NCBI GenBank assembly: GCA_963722385.1
Contig: CAVRKK010000002.1
Location: 1-64,000, forward strand
DNA from: an uncultured bacterium
GTDB lineage: Bacteria > Babelota > Babeliae > Babelales > Babelaceae
Direction: 5' to 3'
Length of the DNA stretch: 64,000 bases
Of the stretch, positions 1 to 9,790 are shown in pieces (the stretch's first letter is position 1; each line of letters begins with the position of its first letter). Position numbers and translations under genes: made by a program. The notes below the pieces were generated by a model, which worked only from the letters and a program-made list of their open reading frames with translations, was not told the DNA's origin and searched no databases.

Positions 1-121
1 AGCCTATTACCTTTCTTAAGCTCACGACCATCAAACGCACGCGCATCAAGCCACGCGTAATATCGCGCTTGCCAAAGGTTGTTTCCTCACTAAGTGCAAT
101 AATGAGCTATGTTTTGTTCAT
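1..121 (-). pseudogene. HU/IHF-like DNA-binding protein, 5' part, disrupted (runs off window)
   Basis: AAGGAG RBS, then ATG at 121 reading MNKT*LIIALSEETTFGKRDITR; after a frameshift it continues LDA...ELKKGNR, matching the HU N-terminal helices. In-frame TAG at codon 5. Confidence 0.6.
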
Positions 122-399
122 TATTTAACTCCTTGATATTAGATAGAGTAGGTATTGGTTAAGTTAACAAACGCCGCATTGTTGTTAGATATACTAATTC
201 GGTTTATAGCTTTGTCAATTGATTACCTCGATACCATACTTATCTGGTCGATAGCCAAACTTTACAAAAGGGGGATGAATACGATAACTTGGAGTGTATA
301 AAATTCACCAACCAAAAAACCGAAAAAGGAGATTTCTATCAGCTCATATACGAGCTTACCAGGTGGAAGCAAAACTTTAACAAAAACGGGAATTAACTT

Positions 400-2262
400 A
401 TGAAGACAAGAGCAAAAGAAATTCGCATATCCTTGATACTTTCTCTTGTATTAACCATCGGCAGGGTCGCGGCCCGCCCCTTAGAGAAAATTACCGAGGG
501 TATTACTTTTTATAACGGACCTAGCCGGGAAGAATCGCTCATTAATATCAGGCAGCGGAACTCGCCAACAAGCAAGGCTGCATCGCCAGTTTATCATGAC
601 AGTAGTGCATTAGATGAGCACAATAATACTTTTACGCCTGTTAAAAGTTTCATTGGAGCAACGTTGAAAGACTCGAAGTTTATTCCTCCTGATGGTGACG
701 GAGCCGTTGGTCCTTTACAGTACGTTGTTTGTGTGAATGGTCGCATTAAAAGCTTCGACAAAAAGTCAGGATTGCCTGATGGTATTCTTGACGCAACAAC
801 CAATGACTTTTTCAGCTTGCATACAAGCAATACTATACATGCACGAGTGAGGTATGATTGTTTTACCAATCGCTGGTTTATCCTAATGACCGACAATCAC
901 CCTATTGGCAATCAGTGCCATCTTGCCGTAAGCGATACGGGCATTATAACGCAGGCATCGCGATTTACATTCTTTACGTTTAGTGCTCGCGACACTGAAG
1001 CCTTTCAGAATTTAGTTTCTTTTGGGCTTGATGAAAGCGCTCTCTATATAGGCACCAATGCGTTTACCAATCGTGAAGGCACCTATATACAATCAAACGC
1101 TTTTATCATTCAAAAAAGCTCATTAAATAATAGCGCACTTGCCATCACCGAATTTGTGATCTCACCGCAGGGAAGCAGAGGCTTTACGCCACAAGGGGTT
1201 AATAACTATTTCTACACCGCGCCAGCTTATGGCTTTTTTGTAACAAATGCGCCCAACAGACTGATTCTCACTGCCTATCAAAATACCAACACCACGAATC
1301 CTACGTTTGCCTTTGAGGCAATATTGCCTCTCGACCAGGAAGACAATCCGTCGTCTTTCATGTATGTGCCTGCTCAGGGTAGCGCGTTTCCTTTAGATTC
1401 ACTTGATGACCGCTTTACGCAACCCCATATCAGGCCGTCAGATTCGGGAGCACCGCAATTGTGGACTGCTCAAACTATCGCAACGGATAAAAAAGGAGTT
1501 TCACGTCAAAGCATGCCACCCAATGATCGAATTTCCCTTCGGTTTTATCAGATTGATCTTTCACGGCCGTGGGCACCCGAGCTTATACAAATGGGTACAC
1601 TTTTTGATACGAAGCCAACGTCGCGCCACGTTAATTATTGGGTACCAGCTCTTGCAACGAATGGCCAACTTCATATGGTCCTTGCCTCAAGTGTTGCAGG
1701 AACTGCGCAAGCCGCTAGTGCACAATTTACGGATCGGCTAGCAACCGATGCTCTTGGCACCTTGCGAGAGCCGATCATTTATGCCGCTGGCAAGCCGGGA
1801 TACAATATCCAACAAACCCACCCACAACAGTGGAGCGAGTTTTCGAGCGCTGATGTTGATCCGCTTGAAGACATGACTATATGGACCATGCAAGAACATA
1901 CTAATAAAGAAAGCAATACACAATGGGCAGTAAGTGTTGTGCAGCTCATGGCACCGGAATTGCCAGCAAGCGCCACCGAGCAGATCTTGTTATCGCGTGA
2001 GCTTTCCAGCGTTTCGGTAACGATCATTGGACAGCAAGCTATTCCGCAAAAAGGTGGCTATTATGACCCCGGTGCGGGGTTTCCCCGAAGACTAACAGCA
2101 AGCAGTCGCGGCGTACTCATTAATAGCATCACGTATAATTCTCCTACTTCTATTACATTAGATATATCAACGATGGGCTCATTGCCTGGTGTTTATGACA
2201 TCACCATCATCAATCCCGACCGTCAAGCAATTAGCTATGCTCAACAAATCATGGTTATTTAG
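400..2262 (+). CDS. Secreted beta-rich hypothetical protein with C-terminal Ig/IPT-like domain; paralog of 40601..42382
   Basis: 620 aa ORF with signal peptide, PPDxxGAVG motif, and C-terminal ITYNSPTSITL...GVYDITIINPD. Confidence 0.75.
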   Translation: MKTRAKEIRISLILSLVLTIGRVAARPLEKITEGITFYNGPSREESLINIRQRNSPTSKAASPVYHDSSALDEHNNTFTPVKSFIGATLKDSKFIPPDGDGAVGPLQYVVCVNGRIKSFDKKSGLPDGILDATTNDFFSLHTSNTIHARVRYDCFTNRWFILMTDNHPIGNQCHLAVSDTGIITQASRFTFFTFSARDTEAFQNLVSFGLDESALYIGTNAFTNREGTYIQSNAFIIQKSSLNNSALAITEFVISPQGSRGFTPQGVNNYFYTAPAYGFFVTNAPNRLILTAYQNTNTTNPTFAFEAILPLDQEDNPSSFMYVPAQGSAFPLDSLDDRFTQPHIRPSDSGAPQLWTAQTIATDKKGVSRQSMPPNDRISLRFYQIDLSRPWAPELIQMGTLFDTKPTSRHVNYWVPALATNGQLHMVLASSVAGTAQAASAQFTDRLATDALGTLREPIIYAAGKPGYNIQQTHPQQWSEFSSADVDPLEDMTIWTMQEHTNKESNTQWAVSVVQLMAPELPASATEQILLSRELSSVSVTIIGQQAIPQKGGYYDPGAGFPRRLTASSRGVLINSITYNSPTSITLDISTMGSLPGVYDITIINPDRQAISYAQQIMVI

Positions 2263-2308
2263 TGCTTATGATGGAAGCGAAGCTATCTTCGCTTCCATCA
2301 CGTTAAAA

Positions 2309-3577
2309 TTAAGCAAAACGGTAAATAACAACGGTATTATTATCAAAACCAACCGCCAACCGATGAGGAATTGAAGGGAAATCAGGGCTTACCTGAAATT
2401 TAGCAATACGTACGCCAGTAGCTTCTGGCGCAGAGATGGTGACCAGAGGCGTTGTATCGACCTGGCCTATCGTATCTATTGCCCACAGCTTTGCTGTACC
2501 GTCCTGTGAAGCAGTAACCAGAAAGCCGCCCTGGCCTTGACCTGCTTCCATTGCACCCATCCAATTAACGGTCTGGTAATGCGCGGTAAATTCTTGCGTT
2601 GTTCCATCGCTTTTTTTCAATATGACGGTGCCGTCGGTATATCCTACAAAAATTTCCCCTAAAGTTCCTTCATTATGGTGAATGATCATGGTGGCAACAG
2701 CGCCAATGGTATTTTTGCCTACAAGCGCGTCGATCATTTCAAGCTTGCCTGATGCCATTTTTGAGAAGAAAGCGGTGAGACCGCTGTTATTAATACCAAC
2801 TAAATCAACCGACAGTCCTTTGGCTGAAAACAAGCTTGTTGCTGGATCAGCAAATACCGTGGTTGTCCATGAAAAATGCGGAGCATTGCCCGTTGCCACC
2901 GGATAGATTATTTCTGGGGTTAGTGGCTTAGCTTGGGGATTAAAAACATGCAGCTCGCTATTTGCTGTACCTCGAACGGTGACGACAACATTGGCGGCAG
3001 GCAGAGCAAGAGCACCTGATTCAATAAATTGCGCAGATTGAACGTTTTCTTCAATAGCATATTCAAATGAAGGCGCTGGCACTCCGTGAGCATGGGCGGA
3101 CCACACTTTGGCCGAGCCATCGTTTGAGCATGTAACAATCAGGCTTAAGGCGCTCGAATACATAGCAGTGTTCATCCGGTAGTGCGGCCTATGCCAAAGG
3201 ACTGCTACCGGACTTTCGGGTACAAAAGGTTTTGAAAGCTGCTCAACCGGCCAGATAAGCGCATTATTGGTGCATGAGCCATCAGAATTGGGAACAACAA
3301 ACTTATAAGGTTTCGTTGAGCGGGGGTCCCAATCTACCGAAGCACCACCAAGATGCTCTAGAGGAAATGTCGCGATGAGCTCCTTGCCAGCTAAATTCCA
3401 CAGTTGAACAGATCCTAGAACGCTCGTGAGTAGTGCTTGCTCAGAGCCAGGCGCTCGCCCAAATGCCAAGTCTTGAATGGCTCCCGGTAAAGTGGTAAGT
3501 GTTTGTTCATAGCTCCATGTGCCACCATAATTGATTGTTGAAGATAACAGCAATATAAGAATAAAGTATGTCTTCAT
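2309..3577 (-). CDS. Secreted WD40-repeat protein
   Basis: Signal peptide; IVTCSNDGSAKVW and LVTASQDGTAKLW WD40 motifs. Confidence 0.8.
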   Translation of the reverse strand: MKTYFILILLLSSTINYGGTWSYEQTLTTLPGAIQDLAFGRAPGSEQALLTSVLGSVQLWNLAGKELIATFPLEHLGGASVDWDPRSTKPYKFVVPNSDGSCTNNALIWPVEQLSKPFVPESPVAVLWHRPHYRMNTAMYSSALSLIVTCSNDGSAKVWSAHAHGVPAPSFEYAIEENVQSAQFIESGALALPAANVVVTVRGTANSELHVFNPQAKPLTPEIIYPVATGNAPHFSWTTTVFADPATSLFSAKGLSVDLVGINNSGLTAFFSKMASGKLEMIDALVGKNTIGAVATMIIHHNEGTLGEIFVGYTDGTVILKKSDGTTQEFTAHYQTVNWMGAMEAGQGQGGFLVTASQDGTAKLWAIDTIGQVDTTPLVTISAPEATGVRIAKFQVSPDFPSIPHRLAVGFDNNTVVIYRFA

Positions 3578-3628
3578 CAGAATCTCCTTTTAATCAGATT
3601 TTTTACTTTTGAAAGACGCCAGGCATAT

Positions 3629-6600
3629 CTAGAGCGAGTCTGGCGATTCTTCGACGCCACCAAAATTAATACTGGCTCTCCGCGTCGATGGATGCAAGTA
3701 CTTATAAACCAACCAAGAACCCACTGCAGCAATAACTGTCAAGCCAGCAAGACCGAGAGGTATACCTATGGTAGTTCCGATAATAACTCCTAGCGGCAGG
3801 CTACTACCATCCCCTGACGAACCCCCAAAGAGCGCAATAACGGATACGTCATTCGAGCCGGGGTTTGCTGTTGCGATGGCCGTTGCTCCATTATTTAGTT
3901 GTGTTAGGGAAAATGCTATTGCTACATCAGTATTTGACTGCGCAGGCAAATCATATGAAATTCCTTGATCTAAGGCGCTGCCGTTGAAAGCAAAGAGCGT
4001 AATACTGCTTGAACCGGTATTGGCGGTAGCAAGATAATTTCCTGCCTCTGAAACCGCCACTGAGTATGGATTAACAGCAGCTAACGGCAAGGGATATGAT
4101 TGACCTAAGCCTAACATACCAGCATTGATGGGAAAGACCGTAACATCATTCGAATCGCTATTAGCGGTAGCAACAAAAAGCTCACCGGTAGAAGCTGCTA
4201 TAAAGGCAAGTGAGCGAGGCCTATTAGAGCTCCTTGGTAAGGCTTGAGAGCTTCCATTGCTTAATACGCCAGTGGTCACGCTAAAAAGCGTTACGTCGTT
4301 TGAAGCAACATTTGCTGTTGCAAGATAAAAGCCATCTGGTGAAAATGCTACTGATACCGGAGCTGCTGACCCTAGAGGTAGCGCATAGGAGATTTCATTC
4401 GTCAGCACTCCTGCTGTTACGGTAAAGAGAGCCACATCGTTTGAATTACGGTTCGCTACGGCAAGATAGCCATCACTCGGTGCGAAATTTACCGAGCTTG
4501 GATTTGTTGAATTAAGCGGCAAGGCATATGATGTGCCTCCTATTAATTGACCTGTTCCTGCTTCAAACAAGGTAACGTCATTCGATTGACTATTTGCTGT
4601 TACTATATATGACCTATCTATCGAAAACACTATACCTGTTGGAAATACTGAACCTGACGGCAACGCATACGATGTGCCACCGTTTAATGTGCCTTCTGAG
4701 CTTACCGTATAGATTGTTACATCGTTTGAGTTATAATTGGCTGTTGCAAGATATTCGCCATCTTTCGAAAACGCTAGAGCGTCTGGTTCTTGAGAACCAG
4801 ATGGTAACGAATAAGAACTTCCTGAACTGGCAGAGCTTGGAAAACAATTTGATGCGGGAAAGACTGCTATATCCCGAGAAATACTGTCAATAGTAGCAAC
4901 AAATGCACCGGAAGGCGAAAAGAGTATGATAGAGGGATTTGCTGATCCCGTCGGTAAAGGGTATGAGGTCCCGCCACTTAAGCTTCCTCCTGTTCCTACC
5001 GTAAATACCGTAACATCATTCGAACTAGTATTTGCCGTAAGCACGTAGGCGCCACCAGGCGAGAATGCGAGTGAGCGCGGGGCTGTAGATCCTGCGGGTA
5101 GAGCGTATGAAGCACCTCCACTTAAAGCTCCTCCTATTCCTATAGTAAATACGGTAATATCATTCGAACCAGAATTGGTGGTAGCTACATAAGAACCATC
5201 GGGCGAAAAAGCTACTGATTGGGGAGCTAGCGAACCTGAAGGCAAAGGATATGAAGTACCGCCACTTAACGCTCCTCCTGCTCCTACGGTGAAAAGAGTC
5301 ACCGTGTCGGCAGCCGCATCACTCACTGCTAAATATGACCCTGAAGGTGAAAATGCTCCTGATACAGGATTGATAGAACCAGCGGGCAAAGCATATGAGG
5401 TACCGCCACTTAACGTACCACCTGATCCTATGGTAAACAGAGTGATATCAAGCGAGCCGGCATTAACGGTTGCTACATAAGATCTTGATGGTGAAAATGC
5501 TATAGAATAAGGCTGAATAGAGCCTGCTGGTAAAACATATGAGGTTCCTCCACTTAATTCTCCATCTGGTCCTACCTCAAACACGGTTACATCATTTGAA
5601 TCATAGTTGGCCGTCGCTACATATTCTCCTGAAGGCGAGAATACAAGTGATTTAGAATTTTCAGAGCCTGTTGGCAAAGCATACAAAACACCAGAACTTA
5701 AAGCTCCCCCTACTCCTACTTTCAATACCGTCACACTATTTGACTTGCTGTTAGCAGTGGCCAAGTATGCACCTGACGGTGCGAATGCCCCCCCCAATGC
5801 CGCGTTTGCTCCCACGGAAGCATTTGCAACAGCGGTTAGCGTTCCGCCTGTTCCTACCGTAAATACGGTGACACTATCTGAGCCTTCATTAGCAGTAACC
5901 ACGTATGAACCAGTTGGCGAAAACGCTACTGAAACAGCGTCCATAGAACCAGTTGGCAAGGCATACGATGTTCCGCCACTTAAAGCTCCCCCTGCTCCTA
6001 CCGTAAATACGGTGACATCACTTGAAGTATAATTAGCAGTAGCCAGATATGCACCATTCGGTGAAAACGCTACTGAAATAGAGGTAGTAGAGCTAGCTGG
6101 TAAGGCATACGATGCTCCGCCACTTAAAGCTCCCCCTGCTCCTACCGTAAATACGGTGACATCACTTGAACCATAATTAGCAGTAGCCAGATATGAGCCA
6201 TTTGGTGAGAACGCTACTGAAGTAGGATTAATAGAGCCAGTTGGCAAGACATACGATGCTCCGCCACTTAAAGCTCCCCCTGCTCCTACCGTAAATATGG
6301 TGACATCACTTGAACCATAATTAGCAGTAGCCAGATATGAGCCATTCGGTGAAAATGCCACTGAAAAAGGGGTGGCAGAGCCAGCTGGTAAGGCATAGGA
6401 CGATCCGCCACTTAAAGCTCCCCCTGCTCCTACCGTAAATACGGTGACATCACTTGAACCATGATTAGCAGTAGCCACGTATGAACCATTCGGTGAAAAT
6501 GCTATTGAAATAGGGCTAGCAGAGCCAGCTGGTAAGGCATAGGACGATCCGCCACTTAAAGCTCCCCCTGCTCCTACCGTAAATACGGTGACATCACTTG

Positions 6601-7921
6601 AACCAATATTAGCAGTAGCCAGATATGAACCATTCAGTGAAAACGCTACTGAATATGGTTGTACAGAGCCAGCTGGTAAGGCATAGGACGATCCGCCACT
6701 TAAAGCTCCCCCTGCTCCTACCGTAAATACGGTGACATTATTTGAATTATAATTAGCAGTAGCCACGTATGCACCATTCGGTGAAAACGCTACTGAAATA
6801 GAGGTAGCAGAGCTAGCTGGTAAGGCATACGATGCTCCGCCACTTAAAGCTCCCCCTGCCCCTACCGTAAATACGGTTACATCACTATAATTAGCAGTAG
6901 CCAGATATGAGCCATTTGGTGAGAACGCTACTGAAGTAGGATTAATAGAGCCAGTTGGCAAGACATACGATGCTCCGCCACTTAAAGCTCCCCCTGCTCC
7001 TACCGTAAATATGGTGACATCACTTGAACCATAATTAGCAGTAGCCAGATATGAGCCATTCGGTGAAAATGCCACTGAAAAAGGGGTGGCAGAGCCAGCT
7101 GGTAAGGCATAGGACGATCCGCCACTTAAAGCTCCCCCTGCTCCTACCGTAAATATGGTGACATCACTTGAGCCAAGATTAGCAGTAGCCAGATATAAGC
7201 CATTCGGTGAAAATGCCACTGATACAGGATTGGTAGAACCACTTGGTAATGCATATGATGTTCCGCCACCTAAAGCTCCCCCTGCTCCTACCGTAAATAC
7301 GGTGACATCACTTGAACCATAATTAGCAGTAGCCAGATATGAGCCATTTGGTGAGAACGCTACTGAAGTAGGATTAATAGAGCCAGTTGGCAAGACATAC
7401 GATGCTCCGCCACTTAAAGCTCCCCCTGCTCCTACCGTAAATACGGTGACATCACTTGAACCATGATTAGCAGTAGCCAGATATGAGCCATTCAGTGAAA
7501 ACGCTACTGAATATGGTTGTACAGAGCCAGCTGGTAAGGCATACGATGTTCCATTACTTAAAGCTCCCCCTGCTCCTACCGTAAATACGGTGACATCATT
7601 TGAACCATAATTAGCAACAGCTAAATATGCACTATCTGGTGAGAAAACTACTGAATATGTGTGTACAGAGCCAGCTGGTAAGACATATGATGTTCCACCA
7701 CTTAAAACTCCTCCTGTTCCTACCGTAAATACTGTTACATTATTTGAATTATTATTAGCAGTAGCAAGATATGAACCATTTGGTGAGAGCGCTACTGAAA
7801 TAGGAGCAGCAGAACCAGCCGGCTCACTATACAAAGTTCCTGACTGCAAAGAACAAGTAGCAAAAGATTGTAAACTCATCACAAGTGATAATAATGTGCT
7901 GAGTAAAATAGCAATTCTCAT
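3629..7921 (-). CDS. Large membrane-anchored beta-propeller (lactonase/WD40-like) repeat surface protein, 28 blades
   Basis: Signal peptide, 28 copies of a ~48-aa repeat (SYxLPxGSxxPxSVAFSPxGxYLATANxxSxDVTVF), C-terminal TM helix. Confidence 0.9.
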   Translation of the reverse strand: MRIAILLSTLLSLVMSLQSFATCSLQSGTLYSEPAGSAAPISVALSPNGSYLATANNNSNNVTVFTVGTGGVLSGGTSYVLPAGSVHTYSVVFSPDSAYLAVANYGSNDVTVFTVGAGGALSNGTSYALPAGSVQPYSVAFSLNGSYLATANHGSSDVTVFTVGAGGALSGGASYVLPTGSINPTSVAFSPNGSYLATANYGSSDVTVFTVGAGGALGGGTSYALPSGSTNPVSVAFSPNGLYLATANLGSSDVTIFTVGAGGALSGGSSYALPAGSATPFSVAFSPNGSYLATANYGSSDVTIFTVGAGGALSGGASYVLPTGSINPTSVAFSPNGSYLATANYSDVTVFTVGAGGALSGGASYALPASSATSISVAFSPNGAYVATANYNSNNVTVFTVGAGGALSGGSSYALPAGSVQPYSVAFSLNGSYLATANIGSSDVTVFTVGAGGALSGGSSYALPAGSASPISIAFSPNGSYVATANHGSSDVTVFTVGAGGALSGGSSYALPAGSATPFSVAFSPNGSYLATANYGSSDVTIFTVGAGGALSGGASYVLPTGSINPTSVAFSPNGSYLATANYGSSDVTVFTVGAGGALSGGASYALPASSTTSISVAFSPNGAYLATANYTSSDVTVFTVGAGGALSGGTSYALPTGSMDAVSVAFSPTGSYVVTANEGSDSVTVFTVGTGGTLTAVANASVGANAALGGAFAPSGAYLATANSKSNSVTVLKVGVGGALSSGVLYALPTGSENSKSLVFSPSGEYVATANYDSNDVTVFEVGPDGELSGGTSYVLPAGSIQPYSIAFSPSRSYVATVNAGSLDITLFTIGSGGTLSGGTSYALPAGSINPVSGAFSPSGSYLAVSDAAADTVTLFTVGAGGALSGGTSYPLPSGSLAPQSVAFSPDGSYVATTNSGSNDITVFTIGIGGALSGGASYALPAGSTAPRSLAFSPGGAYVLTANTSSNDVTVFTVGTGGSLSGGTSYPLPTGSANPSIILFSPSGAFVATIDSISRDIAVFPASNCFPSSASSGSSYSLPSGSQEPDALAFSKDGEYLATANYNSNDVTIYTVSSEGTLNGGTSYALPSGSVFPTGIVFSIDRSYIVTANSQSNDVTLFEAGTGQLIGGTSYALPLNSTNPSSVNFAPSDGYLAVANRNSNDVALFTVTAGVLTNEISYALPLGSAAPVSVAFSPDGFYLATANVASNDVTLFSVTTGVLSNGSSQALPRSSNRPRSLAFIAASTGELFVATANSDSNDVTVFPINAGMLGLGQSYPLPLAAVNPYSVAVSEAGNYLATANTGSSSITLFAFNGSALDQGISYDLPAQSNTDVAIAFSLTQLNNGATAIATANPGSNDVSVIALFGGSSGDGSSLPLGVIIGTTIGIPLGLAGLTVIAAVGSWLVYKYLHPSTRRASINFGGVEESPDSL
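5930..7800. repeat. Near-identical 144-bp tandem repeat array (about 13 units) inside the propeller gene
   Basis: CCTACCGTAAATAYGGTGACATCA recurs with a 144-bp period; one unit is 6 bp shorter. Confidence 0.9.
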
Positions 7922-8124
7922 CTGCCCTCCCCTTTATACTTAATATATAGATGTACCTTTACTGTAATGGCAATCATATCTTTGGTCAAGTCATCATTGG
8001 TACATGGGTCGCACAACAATGATAATGTCGTCATGAGACAGCTAGATCGCATCTTTGCAGGGCGCTCAGGTTTCTGATAAGGTGATAGATAAGCCCTTAT
8101 TTTTTTGCTCGGAGAATAGTACCA

Positions 8125-8940
8125 ATGTTTATCGACACGCACTGCCATCTAAATATTATGGTCAAAGATAGTTTTGATTCTCTCCTCACATCGCAAGAGT
8201 TTACTCATGCCGAGCCTCTTATAGCGGATGCCGTGAGCGCCGGCGTAAAAAAGCTTTTGTGCGTCGGTACGAGTATCATCGAAAGCATGAATTGCATTAA
8301 GCTGGCAGTGGGCTACGATCCTGTTTTTGCGACAGTGGGAATACACCCCAATGATCTCGCGATGTCGTGGCAAGAAGATTTACGTCAGATAGCTTTATTA
8401 GCGAAAGAATCTCAAAAACACAAAATTGTAGCAATCGGTGAGTGTGGTCTCGATAAGCACTACCCGGGGTATAATATTGCACAGCAAAAAGATGCTTTTA
8501 GAGCTCAAATTGAGCTCGCGCTTGAGTACGATCTTGCTCTTGTTGTTCATACCCGCGACGCAGGTGATGAGACTCTAGAGTGTCTTGCAGAATATAAAAA
8601 TAACTGCCCCAAGGGAACCATTCACTGCTTTTCAGAAGACCTTGCCTTTGCTCAAGGTGCCATTCAGCTTGGCTTTGTGCTTGGTATTGGGGGAACCATA
8701 ACATACCCAAAAAATAGTAAGTTGCGAGAAGTCGTGAGCAAACTCGGCATTGAGCATATTATTTTGGAGACAGATGCTCCTTTTCTTCCCCCACAGCCCA
8801 TACGTGGCAAAAAAAATAGCCCCACACAAATCCCCGTTATAGCGCAGGCTGTAGCGGATTTATTAGGCTGCTCGCGAGAAGAAGTAGGAGAACGTACAAC
8901 GAAGACGGCGGAGAGCACCTTTTACCGGATAGCTCATTAA
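8125..8940 (+). CDS. tatD: TatD family nuclease/hydrolase
   Basis: IDTHCHL, GIHP, AIGECGLD, HTRDA, HCFS, LETDAPF motifs. Confidence 0.95.
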   Translation: MFIDTHCHLNIMVKDSFDSLLTSQEFTHAEPLIADAVSAGVKKLLCVGTSIIESMNCIKLAVGYDPVFATVGIHPNDLAMSWQEDLRQIALLAKESQKHKIVAIGECGLDKHYPGYNIAQQKDAFRAQIELALEYDLALVVHTRDAGDETLECLAEYKNNCPKGTIHCFSEDLAFAQGAIQLGFVLGIGGTITYPKNSKLREVVSKLGIEHIILETDAPFLPPQPIRGKKNSPTQIPVIAQAVADLLGCSREEVGERTTKTAESTFYRIAH

Positions 8941-8971
8941 CCAGAGTTATCCGGTAAAAGACATAGTATAC

Positions 8972-9190
8972 TTAGATACCTACGATCAGTGTTGGCCAAA
9001 AACCTATCGATCTGAGGATGAAAATAACAACCGCAAAAAATACGATAAGCAATATGAGGTCCTTGATCGACATTGCTGCTCGTTGAGTTCCCGTTAACCC
9101 CGGGATTATTAAATCGTATACAAAAACTATCAGACCCAATACTATACTAAAAACAATGATTGATAATATTGGTTGATCCATTATAATCAT
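8972..9190 (-). CDS. Small two-TM membrane protein
   Basis: 72 aa, two hydrophobic segments, AAGGAGG RBS upstream. Confidence 0.65.
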   Translation of the reverse strand: MIIMDQPILSIIVFSIVLGLIVFVYDLIIPGLTGTQRAAMSIKDLILLIVFFAVVIFILRSIGFWPTLIVGI

Positions 9191-9289
9191 GCGTAACCTC
9201 CTTGAAAAATGAACATGCCATCTGTTATATCCTAGTCACAAGGTTGTGCAAAAGCAAGAATTTTTAAATGCTTAACGAAAAAGTGCTTT

Positions 9290-9790
9290 TTAATACAAAC
9301 GCCGCCGCATTTTTGTCAAAAAGCGAAACCTTTTATATCCTGCAAATATGCCATGGCCATCCAGAAGTAGGTGCGAAACAGCACCGAGCCAAAAAAATAA
9401 CGCGTTTGAAAGAATCATTTCTTGGCAATTAGAAAATTGTGCACACAATAAAATACTGCTCGCCAGGGTAACCCCGCTAATAAAGGCAAGTGAATGGAGT
9501 AATCCCCTATGGCGAACCAAAAGAGGAATCGTAGCGATGAGCATCATGACGGACATAAAGCGATAGCATTCGTTAAATATGAGGACGATCCCGATAATAA
9601 AAAGTGCTCTAAAAAGCCATTTCTGCCCCATGCTTTTTATATCGAGGTCTGGAAACAAGCCCCCAATAATGGCTGAAAAACACCACATTACCGCTTGCAG
9701 CCCAGAAACGTACCGTAAAAACAGAACTCCTGTCAGGCCAACCACCCATACGATAAAAGCTCCGGTAATATGACCCCGATAGCCAGGCAT
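9290..9790 (-). CDS. YdjM-like membrane metal-dependent hydrolase
   Basis: MPGYRGH start (9790), PDLD, HRGLLHS, SHLLLD motifs. Confidence 0.85.
   Translation of the reverse strand: MPGYRGHITGAFIVWVVGLTGVLFLRYVSGLQAVMWCFSAIIGGLFPDLDIKSMGQKWLFRALFIIGIVLIFNECYRFMSVMMLIATIPLLVRHRGLLHSLAFISGVTLASSILLCAQFSNCQEMILSNALFFWLGAVSHLLLDGHGIFAGYKRFRFLTKMRRRLY

Noticed and set aside
5289..6032. Plus-strand ORFs opposite the propeller gene (also 7659..7943 and 63037..63506)
   Set aside because: Antisense shadows of a repetitive coding strand.
5930..7800. 144-bp array as a CRISPR array or DGR target
   Set aside because: It is in-frame coding sequence without repeat-spacer structure. No cas or reverse transcriptase gene is in the window, and variation is not evidently adenine-specific.
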